A stretch of 34,541 nt of DNA from Gammaproteobacteria bacterium (GCA_041623575.1 JBFJWO010000002.1:1-34541), one strand, 5' to 3'; counted from the stretch's first letter, positions 9,086-17,020 are shown. Numbers and translations: made by a program. The notes: generated by a model not told the origin, from the letters alone.

Positions 9086-9099
9086 ATGATCTGGATCAA
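9086..9099. promoter_or_regulatory. FNR/CRP-superfamily-like box (ATGAT-CTGG-ATCAA), proximal to the cytochrome c4/cymA operon
   Basis: Matches 9 of 10 positions of TTGAT-N4-ATCAA. TATCCT at 9123..9128 sits where a -10 would be if the box is centred at -41.5. The centre is about 110 nt upstream of ATG 9203. Confidence 0.5.
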
Positions 9100-9202
9100 C
9101 CGTTGACCGGGCCACCCGGTCTTATCCTGCGTGCCGAGAAGATCGTCTTGGTCGCTCGAGCCATCGCACGCAGGGCGACCCCACCACAGGAGGAGTACTG
9201 CA

Positions 9203-9811
9203 ATGTCGACGCGCTCCCTGTCGCTGGTAGTGGCCGCAGGCTTGTTGGCCCTTGGCGGTGCGCTCGCCGCGGCCGAGGACATCGCCCGCGGCTGCATGGA
9301 CTGCCATGGCCAGGACGGCCTCAGCACCGAGCCGGACGTGCCGGTCATCGCAGGCTACTCGGCGCAGTACATCATCGACTCGATGATCGCCTACCGGGAG
9401 GGGGAGCGACCCGCGACCGAGTCCAAGTACCGCCACGGCGACACAAGCCGTGCGCCGACCGACATGAAGGCGATCGCCGACAAGCTCGGCGAGGCCGATA
9501 CCGAGGCGGCGGCCAAGTTCTTCGCCGCGCGCGAGTTCGTCCCCCGCAAGCAGACCTTCGATGCGGCCAAGGCGGCCCGGGGCGCGAAAATCCACGACGA
9601 CGAATGCGAAAAGTGCCACGAGGACGGTGGCACCGTGGCCGAAGACGACGCCGGCATCCTCGGCGGGCAGTGGATGAAGTACCTCGAGCACGCCTTCAGC
9701 GAATACGCCAGCGGCAAACGCTCGATGCCGAAAAAGATGCAGCCGAAGATGGACAAGCTGGACGCCGCCGACGTCGAGGCGTTGATCCACTACTACGGCA
9801 GCTTGCAGTAG
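9203..9811 (+). CDS. Exported dihaem cytochrome c, c4-like, 202 aa
   Basis: ATG 9203 lies in frame within track ORF 9131..9811, with AGGAGGAG 7 nt upstream. Signal peptide MSTRSLSLVVAAGLLALGGALAAA. Two CXXCH motifs (CMDCH, CEKCH). Each half ends with a c4-like helix (PVIAGYSAQYIIDSMIAYREGER; LDAADVEALIHYYGS). Confidence 0.85.
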   Translation: MSTRSLSLVVAAGLLALGGALAAAEDIARGCMDCHGQDGLSTEPDVPVIAGYSAQYIIDSMIAYREGERPATESKYRHGDTSRAPTDMKAIADKLGEADTEAAAKFFAAREFVPRKQTFDAAKAARGAKIHDDECEKCHEDGGTVAEDDAGILGGQWMKYLEHAFSEYASGKRSMPKKMQPKMDKLDAADVEALIHYYGSLQ

Positions 9812-9860
9812 ACGCCGCTCCGACACCACCCGAAGCCCGCAACAGCCGCGGAGACCAGCC

Positions 9861-10445
9861 ATGACCGACGACGATCAGACCGGGCGCTGGGCGCGGCTCT
9901 GGCGCCGCCCGAAATCACGCTGGCTGCTCGGCATCCCGCTCGGCGCGCTGCTGTTCTTCGCCGCCGGCGTGGTCGCCTGGGGCGGTTTCAACTGGTCGCT
10001 GGAGCTGACCAACACCGAGGCGTTCTGTATCTCATGCCACGAGATGCGCGACTTCGTCTACGAGGAATACAAGCAGACCAGCCACTACAACAATCGCAGC
10101 GGCGTGCGCGCCACCTGCCCGGACTGTCACGTGCCGCGCGAATGGGTGCACAAGGTGGTGCGCAAGATCCGCGCGAGCAACGAGCTGTATCACAAGGTGA
10201 TGGGGACGATCGACACGCCTGAAAAGTTCGAGGCCCAGCGCCTGACGATGGCCAAACGGGTGTGGGCGTCGATGAAGGCCACGGACTCGCGCGAGTGCCG
10301 CAACTGCCACTCGCTCGAGTCGATGAACCTCGAGCTGCAGGACAAGAGCGCGCGCCGCCGCCACGACGCCGAGCGCATGCGCGAGAAGGACGAAACCTGC
10401 ATCGACTGCCACCAGGGCATCGCCCACAAGGAACCCGAGGAGTAG
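9861..10445 (+). CDS. cymA: Membrane-anchored tetrahaem cytochrome c, NapC/NirT/CymA family (quinol dehydrogenase), 194 aa
   Basis: N-terminal TM helix WLLGIPLGALLFFAAGVVAWGGF. Four CXXCH motifs (CISCH, CPDCH, CRNCH, CIDCH) with family-typical spacing. GGAGA lies upstream of ATG 9861. Confidence 0.9.
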   Translation: MTDDDQTGRWARLWRRPKSRWLLGIPLGALLFFAAGVVAWGGFNWSLELTNTEAFCISCHEMRDFVYEEYKQTSHYNNRSGVRATCPDCHVPREWVHKVVRKIRASNELYHKVMGTIDTPEKFEAQRLTMAKRVWASMKATDSRECRNCHSLESMNLELQDKSARRRHDAERMREKDETCIDCHQGIAHKEPEE

Positions 10446-10478
10446 CGAGCGGCGCGACGGCCCACCGCAGGCTTCCTG

Positions 10479-10964
10479 CTAGGCACCCGCCCGCCGGTGC
10501 CAATGCGCGGTGAACACCAGTCGGACGGGCTCGTCGATCGCGACCCACAGCCAGGCGTTCTGGCCGAACGTTTCGGCCAGCGCGTTGGCCCGCTCGCGCT
10601 CGATGCCGGCGATCAGCACACTGTGCTCGGCGAGCCACCGCCCGCCCGGGTCGACGCCGCGGCCTTCGAGCCAGTCGAACCCCGCCTCGGCCAGCGCTTC
10701 GCACAACGCACGCTGGCGCTGCCGGTTCTCGCTGACGTTCAGCACCGTGCTGCCCGGATTCCATGCCGTAACGAAGGCCGCGCTCGCGGCGCCGCGCGAG
10801 CGCAACGCCCGCTGCAACGCCGCCGCGACACGATGCCCGACGCGCAGCACGACACGCTGCCCCTCGAGGTCGACCTCGTAGAGCGTCGCGACGTAGGCGT
10901 CGCGGAGTGTTTCGGGGTCGTGAGGCTGCTGCGTCACCGTTTCCCGCGTTCGTCTTGGGTGCAC
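10479..10964 (-). CDS. DUF3293-like hypothetical protein, 161 aa
   Basis: Track ORF with a GTG start and protein-like composition. The segment ...YVATLYEVDLEGQRVVLRVG...FVTAWNPGS... resembles DUF3293 from memory only. Confidence 0.55.
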   Translation of the reverse strand: MHPRRTRETVTQQPHDPETLRDAYVATLYEVDLEGQRVVLRVGHRVAAALQRALRSRGAASAAFVTAWNPGSTVLNVSENRQRQRALCEALAEAGFDWLEGRGVDPGGRWLAEHSVLIAGIERERANALAETFGQNAWLWVAIDEPVRLVFTAHWHRRAGA

Positions 10965-11020
10965 ACGTTACCGGGGCACCGCGGATTGCGCGGCCCGACG
11001 CGCGCGAATCGCGCGCCCGA

Positions 11021-12094
11021 CTACGCCGTTCCCTCGATCGCCTGCACCGCCCGCAGCAGCCCCCTGATGTAGCCCATGGCGTAGGCGCGGCCCCGGTGCA
11101 TCCACTCGCTGTCGCCGACCATGTGCGGGACATGATCGTCGATCAGGATGCCGTCGAAGCGCTCGCGCACCAGCAACCGCATCACCGCCACCACGTCGAC
11201 GTCGCCGTCGTCGATGAAGGTCTCCTCGAAGCGCGGCACCGTGCCGCGCACGTTGCGAAAGTGGATATAGGCAATGCGCCGTTCGGCGAGGAAGTGCCTC
11301 AGGCCCGCCAGCATCTCCTCCACGCCCATCTCGGCCCAGGTCCCCATGCAGAAATCGAGCTGGTGGAAAGCGCTCGGCGCGATCTCCTCCAGCGCCCGGC
11401 GAAACCCGGCGAGGTTGCGAAACACGCGCGCCACGCCCCCCAGGGCGGGCACCGGCGGATCGTCCGGGTGCAACGCGAGCACCACGCCCTCCTCCTCGGC
11501 GACGGGCAGGACCGCTTCGATGAAGTAACGATAGTTGGCCCACACCTCGTCCTCCGACAGGCGCACCGGGAAGGTATCGGGCGCCGCGCGGGCGAGTTCG
11601 TAGTCGAAGCTCGACACCTGCGCGCCGCCGCGCGTGCGCTCGTGCTTCGCCGTGCGCCAGACGCGGTTGGCCATCCAGTGATAACCGAGCAGGGGGATGC
11701 CGGCGCGCCCCAGCGCGCGCACCGTGGCGCGGTAGTTCTCGATCTGCTCGTCACGCCCCGGGCCACCGATCAGGCATTGCTCGTAGAAGTGAATGGGCAC
11801 GTTCTCGATCGCCTCGAGGCGCAGGCCGAACGACTCGATGCGCTTGCGCAGGTGCAGCAGCTCCAGGTAGTCCCAGCGGACCGGCACGCCGGTATCGCCC
11901 GGGTTGCGCCAGTAGGCGGTGCCCAGGGACTGCATCGAGCCGTAGGGCGCCTGGCCGCTCAGCGGCGGCGTGTTCAGGATGACGCCGGACAGCCCGAGCT
12001 GGGCGGCAAAGGCGAGCGTTTCGTCGTCCGCCTCGCGAATGCTGCCGGCGGCAACGCGTATGCCGGCGCTCTCGTTATCCATGTCCATCGCCAT
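11021..12094 (-). CDS. Mannonate dehydratase (UxuA)-family / xylose-isomerase-like TIM-barrel protein, 357 aa
   Basis: Track ORF. Segments ...GIPLLGYHWMANRVWRT...VLALHPDDPP...YIHFRNVRG...IDDHVPHMVGD... resemble the UxuA family from memory. No other hexuronate genes are adjacent. Confidence 0.7.
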   Translation of the reverse strand: MAMDMDNESAGIRVAAGSIREADDETLAFAAQLGLSGVILNTPPLSGQAPYGSMQSLGTAYWRNPGDTGVPVRWDYLELLHLRKRIESFGLRLEAIENVPIHFYEQCLIGGPGRDEQIENYRATVRALGRAGIPLLGYHWMANRVWRTAKHERTRGGAQVSSFDYELARAAPDTFPVRLSEDEVWANYRYFIEAVLPVAEEEGVVLALHPDDPPVPALGGVARVFRNLAGFRRALEEIAPSAFHQLDFCMGTWAEMGVEEMLAGLRHFLAERRIAYIHFRNVRGTVPRFEETFIDDGDVDVVAVMRLLVRERFDGILIDDHVPHMVGDSEWMHRGRAYAMGYIRGLLRAVQAIEGTA

Positions 12095-12145
12095 CGAGCG
12101 TGCCCACCCCGACCACCCGTCGTGGCTGCGATGCTGGTCGGGCGA

Positions 12146-12694
12146 CTAGAAGCGCTGCACGAACCCGACGTTGTAGAAAACGATGTCCTCGTCCTCGACC
12201 GGGATGAAGTCGATCTCGAAGCGCAGCAGCGAGCGGGCGCCGATCGCGTAGTTGCCACCGAAGCCGACGAAGGCCTCGCTGCCCGAATCGCTGCTCGACG
12301 CGTTGGCAACGCGCGAATCGCTGTCCCACTCGAGAATGCCGAGCTTGCCGAACAGCCCCGCGTCCGAGCGCAGGCTGGCCGTGGCGACCAGGCTCAGGTA
12401 GATCGCCGAGACCTCGAGCGAGGCGCCGTCGCCCTCGGCCTCGCCGTAGTCCTGGAAGCCCAACTCGGCAGCCAGCACTTCGGTGAAGGCGTAGCCGCCG
12501 AACAGGCTGAACCCGACATCGGAGTCGTCGGTGTCGTCGTAGCTCGCCAACCCGGCGGCACCGCCGACATAGAAGCTGCCGCCGCCGGCCCCGGGGCGGG
12601 ACACGCGGATGTCGCTCGAAACCGTCTGCGCCGACACCGCGGCGGTCAACAGAGGCAACAGGGCCAGCGTCAGCAATTGCAGGGTACGGTTCAT
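12146..12694 (-). CDS. Small outer-membrane beta-barrel protein (OmpA-like/opacity-type barrel), 182 aa
   Basis: ATG 12694 lies in frame within track ORF 12146..12769. Signal peptide MNRTLQLLTLALLPLLTAAVSAQ. Alternating beta-strand pattern, with the C-terminus ...YNVGFVQRF ending in Phe. Confidence 0.7.
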   Translation of the reverse strand: MNRTLQLLTLALLPLLTAAVSAQTVSSDIRVSRPGAGGGSFYVGGAAGLASYDDTDDSDVGFSLFGGYAFTEVLAAELGFQDYGEAEGDGASLEVSAIYLSLVATASLRSDAGLFGKLGILEWDSDSRVANASSSDSGSEAFVGFGGNYAIGARSLLRFEIDFIPVEDEDIVFYNVGFVQRF

Positions 12695-12788
12695 GATCGG
12701 TTCTCGCTCGTGATCGGTGTTGCATGGCACCGCGGGTTCCCGTGGCGACGCCACGGGAACACCGCGCAAGGGCGCAGCCGCGCTCTCG

Positions 12789-13397
12789 CTAGATGCCGAA
12801 CAGGGACTTCTTGGCCGTCTTGCGGATCTCCTGCTCGTCGGCCCACTCCACGATCCCCGTCTGCACGTGCAGCAGTTTCAACGTGAACTTGTAGTACACG
12901 TCCTTGTCGCCGGAATCGCGCTTGACGATGCTCGACAGGTTGCCGTACATCATGTACTCGGCACCGACCTGCTGGCCGCGCCGCGCCGCAGTGGCATCGC
13001 TGACGTTGCCGCTCTCGTTCTGGTAGTCGAGTTGTTTCTCCAGCGCCGCCACCTTGGTCATGTCGACGAAGCGGAACTTGCCCGAGCGCAGCAGGCGCGT
13101 GGAGATCGTGTCGGTGACCGACTCGGTGTCGATGTGCTCCGAGGTCTTGTTCTTGACGGTGTCGACGAACATGACCGGTCGGCGATCGGCCGTCACCTGG
13201 ACGATCGGCGGAAACGACAGCAGCGAGTCCACCATCTTGGTCGCGATCTGCTGCAGATCGGTGGAGCCGAAACCGGTGGTCGTGGTTTCGACCGCCCCCG
13301 CGTCGCCGTAGCGAACGGTACTGGAACACCCCGTGACACCACCTGCCAGCGCGGTACCGACCACGGCCAGGCCGAGATAGTTAACAAATCGCAACAT
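12789..13397 (-). CDS. lpoB: LpoB-family (COG3417) lipoprotein, 202 aa
   Basis: ATG 13397 lies in frame within track ORF 12789..13760. Signal and lipobox MLRFVNYLGLAVVGTALAGGVTG-C. The body (GSTDLQQIATKMVDSLL...VDTVKNKTSEHIDTESVTDTI...YKFTLKLLHVQTGIVEW) matches the LpoB family from memory. Confidence 0.75.
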   Translation of the reverse strand: MLRFVNYLGLAVVGTALAGGVTGCSSTVRYGDAGAVETTTTGFGSTDLQQIATKMVDSLLSFPPIVQVTADRRPVMFVDTVKNKTSEHIDTESVTDTISTRLLRSGKFRFVDMTKVAALEKQLDYQNESGNVSDATAARRGQQVGAEYMMYGNLSSIVKRDSGDKDVYYKFTLKLLHVQTGIVEWADEQEIRKTAKKSLFGI

Positions 13398-13813
13398 TAC
13401 AGTTCCCTCACGTTGACCTTGTACGTCGTTACCGTCGGGTTGGGGGCCAGCGCCCGCATGCCCTTCTGGCCGAAGCCGTTCAGCAACAGCGGCGTCCAGG
13501 CGCCCGACCCGGCTTCCACTTCGAAGTCGGCATCGTCGAACCAGGAGAAGCGATACTGGATGCGCTTGTCGGTCGACGTCAGGTTGGCCAGCACGACGTT
13601 GACCTCCAGCAGCCCGCCGTTGAGGCGCGTGCGCATGTCCCGGATGATCACGTTGTTGGCCAGCGATTCGTTGTGGATGACCAGGTGCTTGGCGAACTCG
13701 GGATCGGCGCCCGGCGTGCCCGTGGCCTCCATTCCCGACGTCGCGCAGCCCGCCAACCACAGCGCCGCCGCCAGCGGCGCGAGCGAGCGAATCAGTTTCA
13801 CGTTACACCTCAT
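13397..13813 (-). CDS. ycfL: YcfL-family (DUF1425) lipoprotein, 138 aa
   Basis: ATG 13813 lies in frame within track ORF 13397..14278. Lipobox ALWLAG-C. Contains ...LEVNVVLANLTSTDKRIQYRFSWFD... Its stop overlaps the lpoB start (TAATG). Confidence 0.65.
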   Translation of the reverse strand: MRCNVKLIRSLAPLAAALWLAGCATSGMEATGTPGADPEFAKHLVIHNESLANNVIIRDMRTRLNGGLLEVNVVLANLTSTDKRIQYRFSWFDDADFEVEAGSGAWTPLLLNGFGQKGMRALAPNPTVTTYKVNVREL

Positions 13814-13836
13814 TGGCGTTACGCCAGTGCGTCGAA

Positions 13837-15264
13837 TCATAGAACAACAGACGAAACACGCATCATACCACCCGTGAATACCACGTTCAGGATGGTGCGG
13901 CGCTGCTTCTCGACCACGATCGTCGCCGTGTCGCTGGCGACGCCGTTGCGCAGCGTCAACGTGTGCTGACCGGGCGGCAGCGACGCGCGCAGGATCTGCG
14001 CCTCGTTCGGCAGGGTCAGCCAGCTGCGCAGGTCCGCGTTCTCCGTGACGAGGTTGAAGATGTTCGCCGCCACGCTGCCGAGCAACCCGAACTGCTCGCC
14101 CGACTGTCGCGTCGTCTCGACCTTGGCCGCGACCCGCAGTACCTGGCGAGTCAGCATGCCCGGCAACTGTTCCTGCAGCGCTTTCGCCGCCAGCGCCTGC
14201 ACGTTCACGATCGGGCTGGTCGTGCCGAGCGCGCCCGACCCGGCCGCGGTCACCGTGAGCGGGGAGGTGTAGCGCCACTGGTAGGGGTAGGTCGGGAACG
14301 CCACCGCGTAGATGCCCCTGAAGGTGTAGATCGGGATCTTGACCTCCTGCTTCGCCGGCAGGTACCCGCTGTCGAAAAACACGATCAGCTCACCCTGCGC
14401 GGGGTCGAGCCCGACGTCCTGGCCGCCGAAGCGCTTCTCGAACAGCTCCAGGTCCTCCTGCATGGACAGGGCCCGCGCAAGGCGCAGCACGTCGCGCTGC
14501 AGGTAGCGATTGTCGGGAAAGATCTCCAGCGCCTTGCGGTAGTCGATGTAGGCGTCGTTGGGCTGCCCGGCGATCTCCCAGATGACCCCGGAGACGTAAA
14601 ACGTGTAGGCGTTCTGGAACGAGTTCTTGACCCGCCGGGCGACCTCGCTCACCTGCGAGAACGCGTCCATGAAACCGCCGTTGCCCGCCATTGCCTCGCG
14701 CTGCCTGGCAAGGCCCTTGTCCACCTCCTCGGCGTGCTCGGCGAGCGCCAGTTCCTGGTGCTCGTTGGCGCGGCGCACCTCGACCGTCGCCGCCTCGAGG
14801 TCGCCCGTGAACAGGTAGTTGAGGGCCTGGTAGTGATGCAGGAACACGCGCTCGTAGGGTTTTTCCTCGTAGGGGATGGCGTTGTCGTTGAGCAGGATCG
14901 CGGCCCCGCTGGCCATGGTGCCGGTGGCGGTGATGCGGGCCTTGCGCTCGTTGCTTTCGGCGACCGCGATGGCCGCCTTGTAGTCGGGGATGCTGGCCTG
15001 GTACTCGCGCACGATCTGCGAGCTGCGGCCGCGCTCCAGCAGGTAGAGGATGCGATCGGCGCTGTCGCGGTGTTTGTCGAGCGCCCGCTGCGCGGCCTGG
15101 TATTGCCCGCTGTCGAGCTGCCGCTTGACGGTCTCGATCTGCTGCGGGTAGGGAGTGAACACCGCGGTGCTGGCACAACCACCCGCCACGACCGCCAGCA
15201 GCCCGGCAGCGCAGACCGTGATGCACGGCGCGCAGCGCCTGGCGAAGCTGCCCACCGGGCTCAC
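13837..15264 (-). CDS. COG3014-like lipoprotein with TPR-like helical N-terminal region, 475 aa
   Basis: GTG 15264 lies in frame within track ORF 13837..16062; the upstream Arg-rich part was rejected. Lipobox LAVVAGG-C. Its start overlaps the stop of the upstream gene (GTGA). The family call is from memory of lpoB/ycfL neighbourhoods. Confidence 0.6.
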   Translation of the reverse strand: MSPVGSFARRCAPCITVCAAGLLAVVAGGCASTAVFTPYPQQIETVKRQLDSGQYQAAQRALDKHRDSADRILYLLERGRSSQIVREYQASIPDYKAAIAVAESNERKARITATGTMASGAAILLNDNAIPYEEKPYERVFLHHYQALNYLFTGDLEAATVEVRRANEHQELALAEHAEEVDKGLARQREAMAGNGGFMDAFSQVSEVARRVKNSFQNAYTFYVSGVIWEIAGQPNDAYIDYRKALEIFPDNRYLQRDVLRLARALSMQEDLELFEKRFGGQDVGLDPAQGELIVFFDSGYLPAKQEVKIPIYTFRGIYAVAFPTYPYQWRYTSPLTVTAAGSGALGTTSPIVNVQALAAKALQEQLPGMLTRQVLRVAAKVETTRQSGEQFGLLGSVAANIFNLVTENADLRSWLTLPNEAQILRASLPPGQHTLTLRNGVASDTATIVVEKQRRTILNVVFTGGMMRVSSVVL

Positions 15265-15983
15265 CACCGGATCGGTTGCTCGCTCGAGCCCGGCGTCGGC
15301 GCCGCGCCCCGGCGCGTGTCCGGTGGCGTTGCGGGCTCGCCGCCCGCCGGGCGGTTCTCGGGGAAGACACCGTGCACGATGCGCGTGACGATTTCCTCGA
15401 CCGTACGCGCCTGCAGCTCGGCGACGAAATCCGCACCGCGATAGTCGCTGTCGGATCCCGCGCGGCGCGTGTGCGTCACCGAGACGGTGTCGGCCACCGC
15501 TACGGCGCCGCCGCGGGAGGCGAGCAACCGGAAGCTGACGTCCATCTTGCCCGTGAACACGCTTTCCAGCGTTTCGGTGTAGGCGCGTGTGCGCTTTTCG
15601 CCCGCCGCGCGCATCTGCACGATGCGCCCGGTCAGCAGGTACTCGGCCCCGAGGCGCGAGCCGAGGCGCAGCACCGCATCGCCGGCGGCGGTATCGATCA
15701 GCGACGCTTCGTTCTCCAGTGCCGCGACCCGGTCGCGTTCCACGACCGTGAACCGCCCGCTGCGGGTCAGCGACACGATCAGGTCGTCGCTCAAGCGCCG
15801 CGTGGTCACGTCGACGTCGCCCACCACCAACACGTGGCCCGGGTTGACGAGAACCTTGGTGCCGCGGGTGTCGAACGACAGCACGGCCACGGTGGGACCG
15901 GCGGCGCTCGCCCACAGCGGCCAGGCGAGCGCCACGCCGGCCGCGAAGGCGCGAGCGGACCTGCACAGTGAAATCGATCTCAT
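15261..15983 (-). CDS. CsgG/HfaB-like exported protein, 240 aa
   Basis: ATG 15983 lies in frame within track ORF 15261..16046. Signal peptide ...ALAWPLWASA-AG, with no lipobox Cys. Contains PTVAVLSFDTRG...LIVSLTRSGRFTVVERDRVAALENE...GAEYLLTGRI, resembling the CsgG-family core. Pro-rich C-terminal tail. Confidence 0.6.
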   Translation of the reverse strand: MRSISLCRSARAFAAGVALAWPLWASAAGPTVAVLSFDTRGTKVLVNPGHVLVVGDVDVTTRRLSDDLIVSLTRSGRFTVVERDRVAALENEASLIDTAAGDAVLRLGSRLGAEYLLTGRIVQMRAAGEKRTRAYTETLESVFTGKMDVSFRLLASRGGAVAVADTVSVTHTRRAGSDSDYRGADFVAELQARTVEEIVTRIVHGVFPENRPAGGEPATPPDTRRGAAPTPGSSEQPIRW

Positions 15984-16339
15984 GCTGCCCCCCGCCGGCG
16001 GCGCTCGTGGTCGTTGGCTCGGGCCCGAACCTGTCGCGGACCGCACCCGGTAAATCTAACACGCGCCGGCAACGGCGTTCGGGCGAATCGGCTCACGCGG
16101 GGCACGGGCTGCGCATCTTGCCGGTCCCCGTTCGACGGGGATCGGCCCGAGTACTGACGACGCCAGACCCTTGCGGGCCACAGCCCGCGGCGAACGCTCC
16201 CCGGTCGCGCAGGGATCGCCTCGTCCACGACCGTCGCGGCACCGCCCGAGCGGCCTGGCGCCCGCGCATCGCGACCGCCCCTGCCCCGCCCGGGTCGCTT
16301 GTGCTATTTTTCGCCGCACCATCGTGGAGCGGCTCGCGC

Positions 16340-17020
16340 ATGAACGACGACGCCCGGAGCGGAGAAAGCCAGCGGGTCTCCTGGCAAAACAGGCTGCTGC
16401 CGCTGATGGCCTCCCTGCTGGTGCTCGCGGCGCTGTTCTTCGCCGTGGTCAGCGTCGTGGAACTGCGCGGTCTCTACGAGCGTCTCGAGCACCGGCCCTC
16501 GGACCTCCCGGCGAGGCTCGCCGAGTACGAGAAAAGCGCCGGCGAGCAGGCCCTGCGCAGCCTCGACTACCTGACGCTCAAGGTCCGCGCCACGCTCGAG
16601 GCCGACGCGCTGCAACGGCGTTACCACCAGGCGAGCGCCACCATGCTCGCCCGCCTGTGGACGCGCCAGCTCGGCTTCATCACCGGCATGCTGCTGGCGC
16701 TGGTCGGGGCGGCGTTCATCCTCGGTCGCCTCAGCGAGCCCGCGACGCGCCTGCAGCTCGAAACGCAGGGTGCCAAGGGCGCGTTGGAAACCTCCTCGCC
16801 GGGGCTGGTGCTGGCGGTGCTCGGCGCGGCACTGATGGCGCTCACCATCTGGGTGCCGTTCGAGGTCGAGACGCGCGACGTCAACATCTATCTCGTCGAC
16901 GCGGCCCGCCCGCTGCCACCGCCGGGCGGCACCCTGCCGGTGGAAATCGACCCCGACGCACCGCCGCCCGCCAACGAAAAGGAGATTCGCCGCCGTGAAG
17001 AAGCACTGTTCGGCCAGTAG
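16340..17020 (+). CDS. Hypothetical membrane protein with three predicted TM helices, 226 aa
   Basis: ATG 16340 lies in frame within track ORF 15968..17020. Hydrophobic segments are LLPLMASLLVLAALFFAVVSVV, LGFITGMLLALVGAAFILG and LVLAVLGAALMALTIWVPF. A helix-like stretch of about 75 aa separates TM1 and TM2. Pro-rich tail. I recognise no family. Confidence 0.55.
   Translation: MNDDARSGESQRVSWQNRLLPLMASLLVLAALFFAVVSVVELRGLYERLEHRPSDLPARLAEYEKSAGEQALRSLDYLTLKVRATLEADALQRRYHQASATMLARLWTRQLGFITGMLLALVGAAFILGRLSEPATRLQLETQGAKGALETSSPGLVLAVLGAALMALTIWVPFEVETRDVNIYLVDAARPLPPPGGTLPVEIDPDAPPPANEKEIRRREEALFGQ

Noticed and set aside
3139-10445. Mtr module as a mobile genomic island
   Set aside because: I saw no integrase, transposase, tRNA, flanking direct repeats or obvious composition break. 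Horizontal origin cannot be claimed from this window alone.
10907-12886. 659-aa plus-strand ORF
   Set aside because: It is antisense to the UxuA-like and beta-barrel OMP genes and has a low-complexity translation.
15264-16062. N-terminal 266 codons of the 741-aa ORF 13837..16062 (a single large fusion protein)
   Set aside because: That part is Arg-rich junk and overlaps, in another frame, the well-behaved CsgG-like gene (15261..15983). The real gene most plausibly starts at GTG 15264, just before its lipobox.
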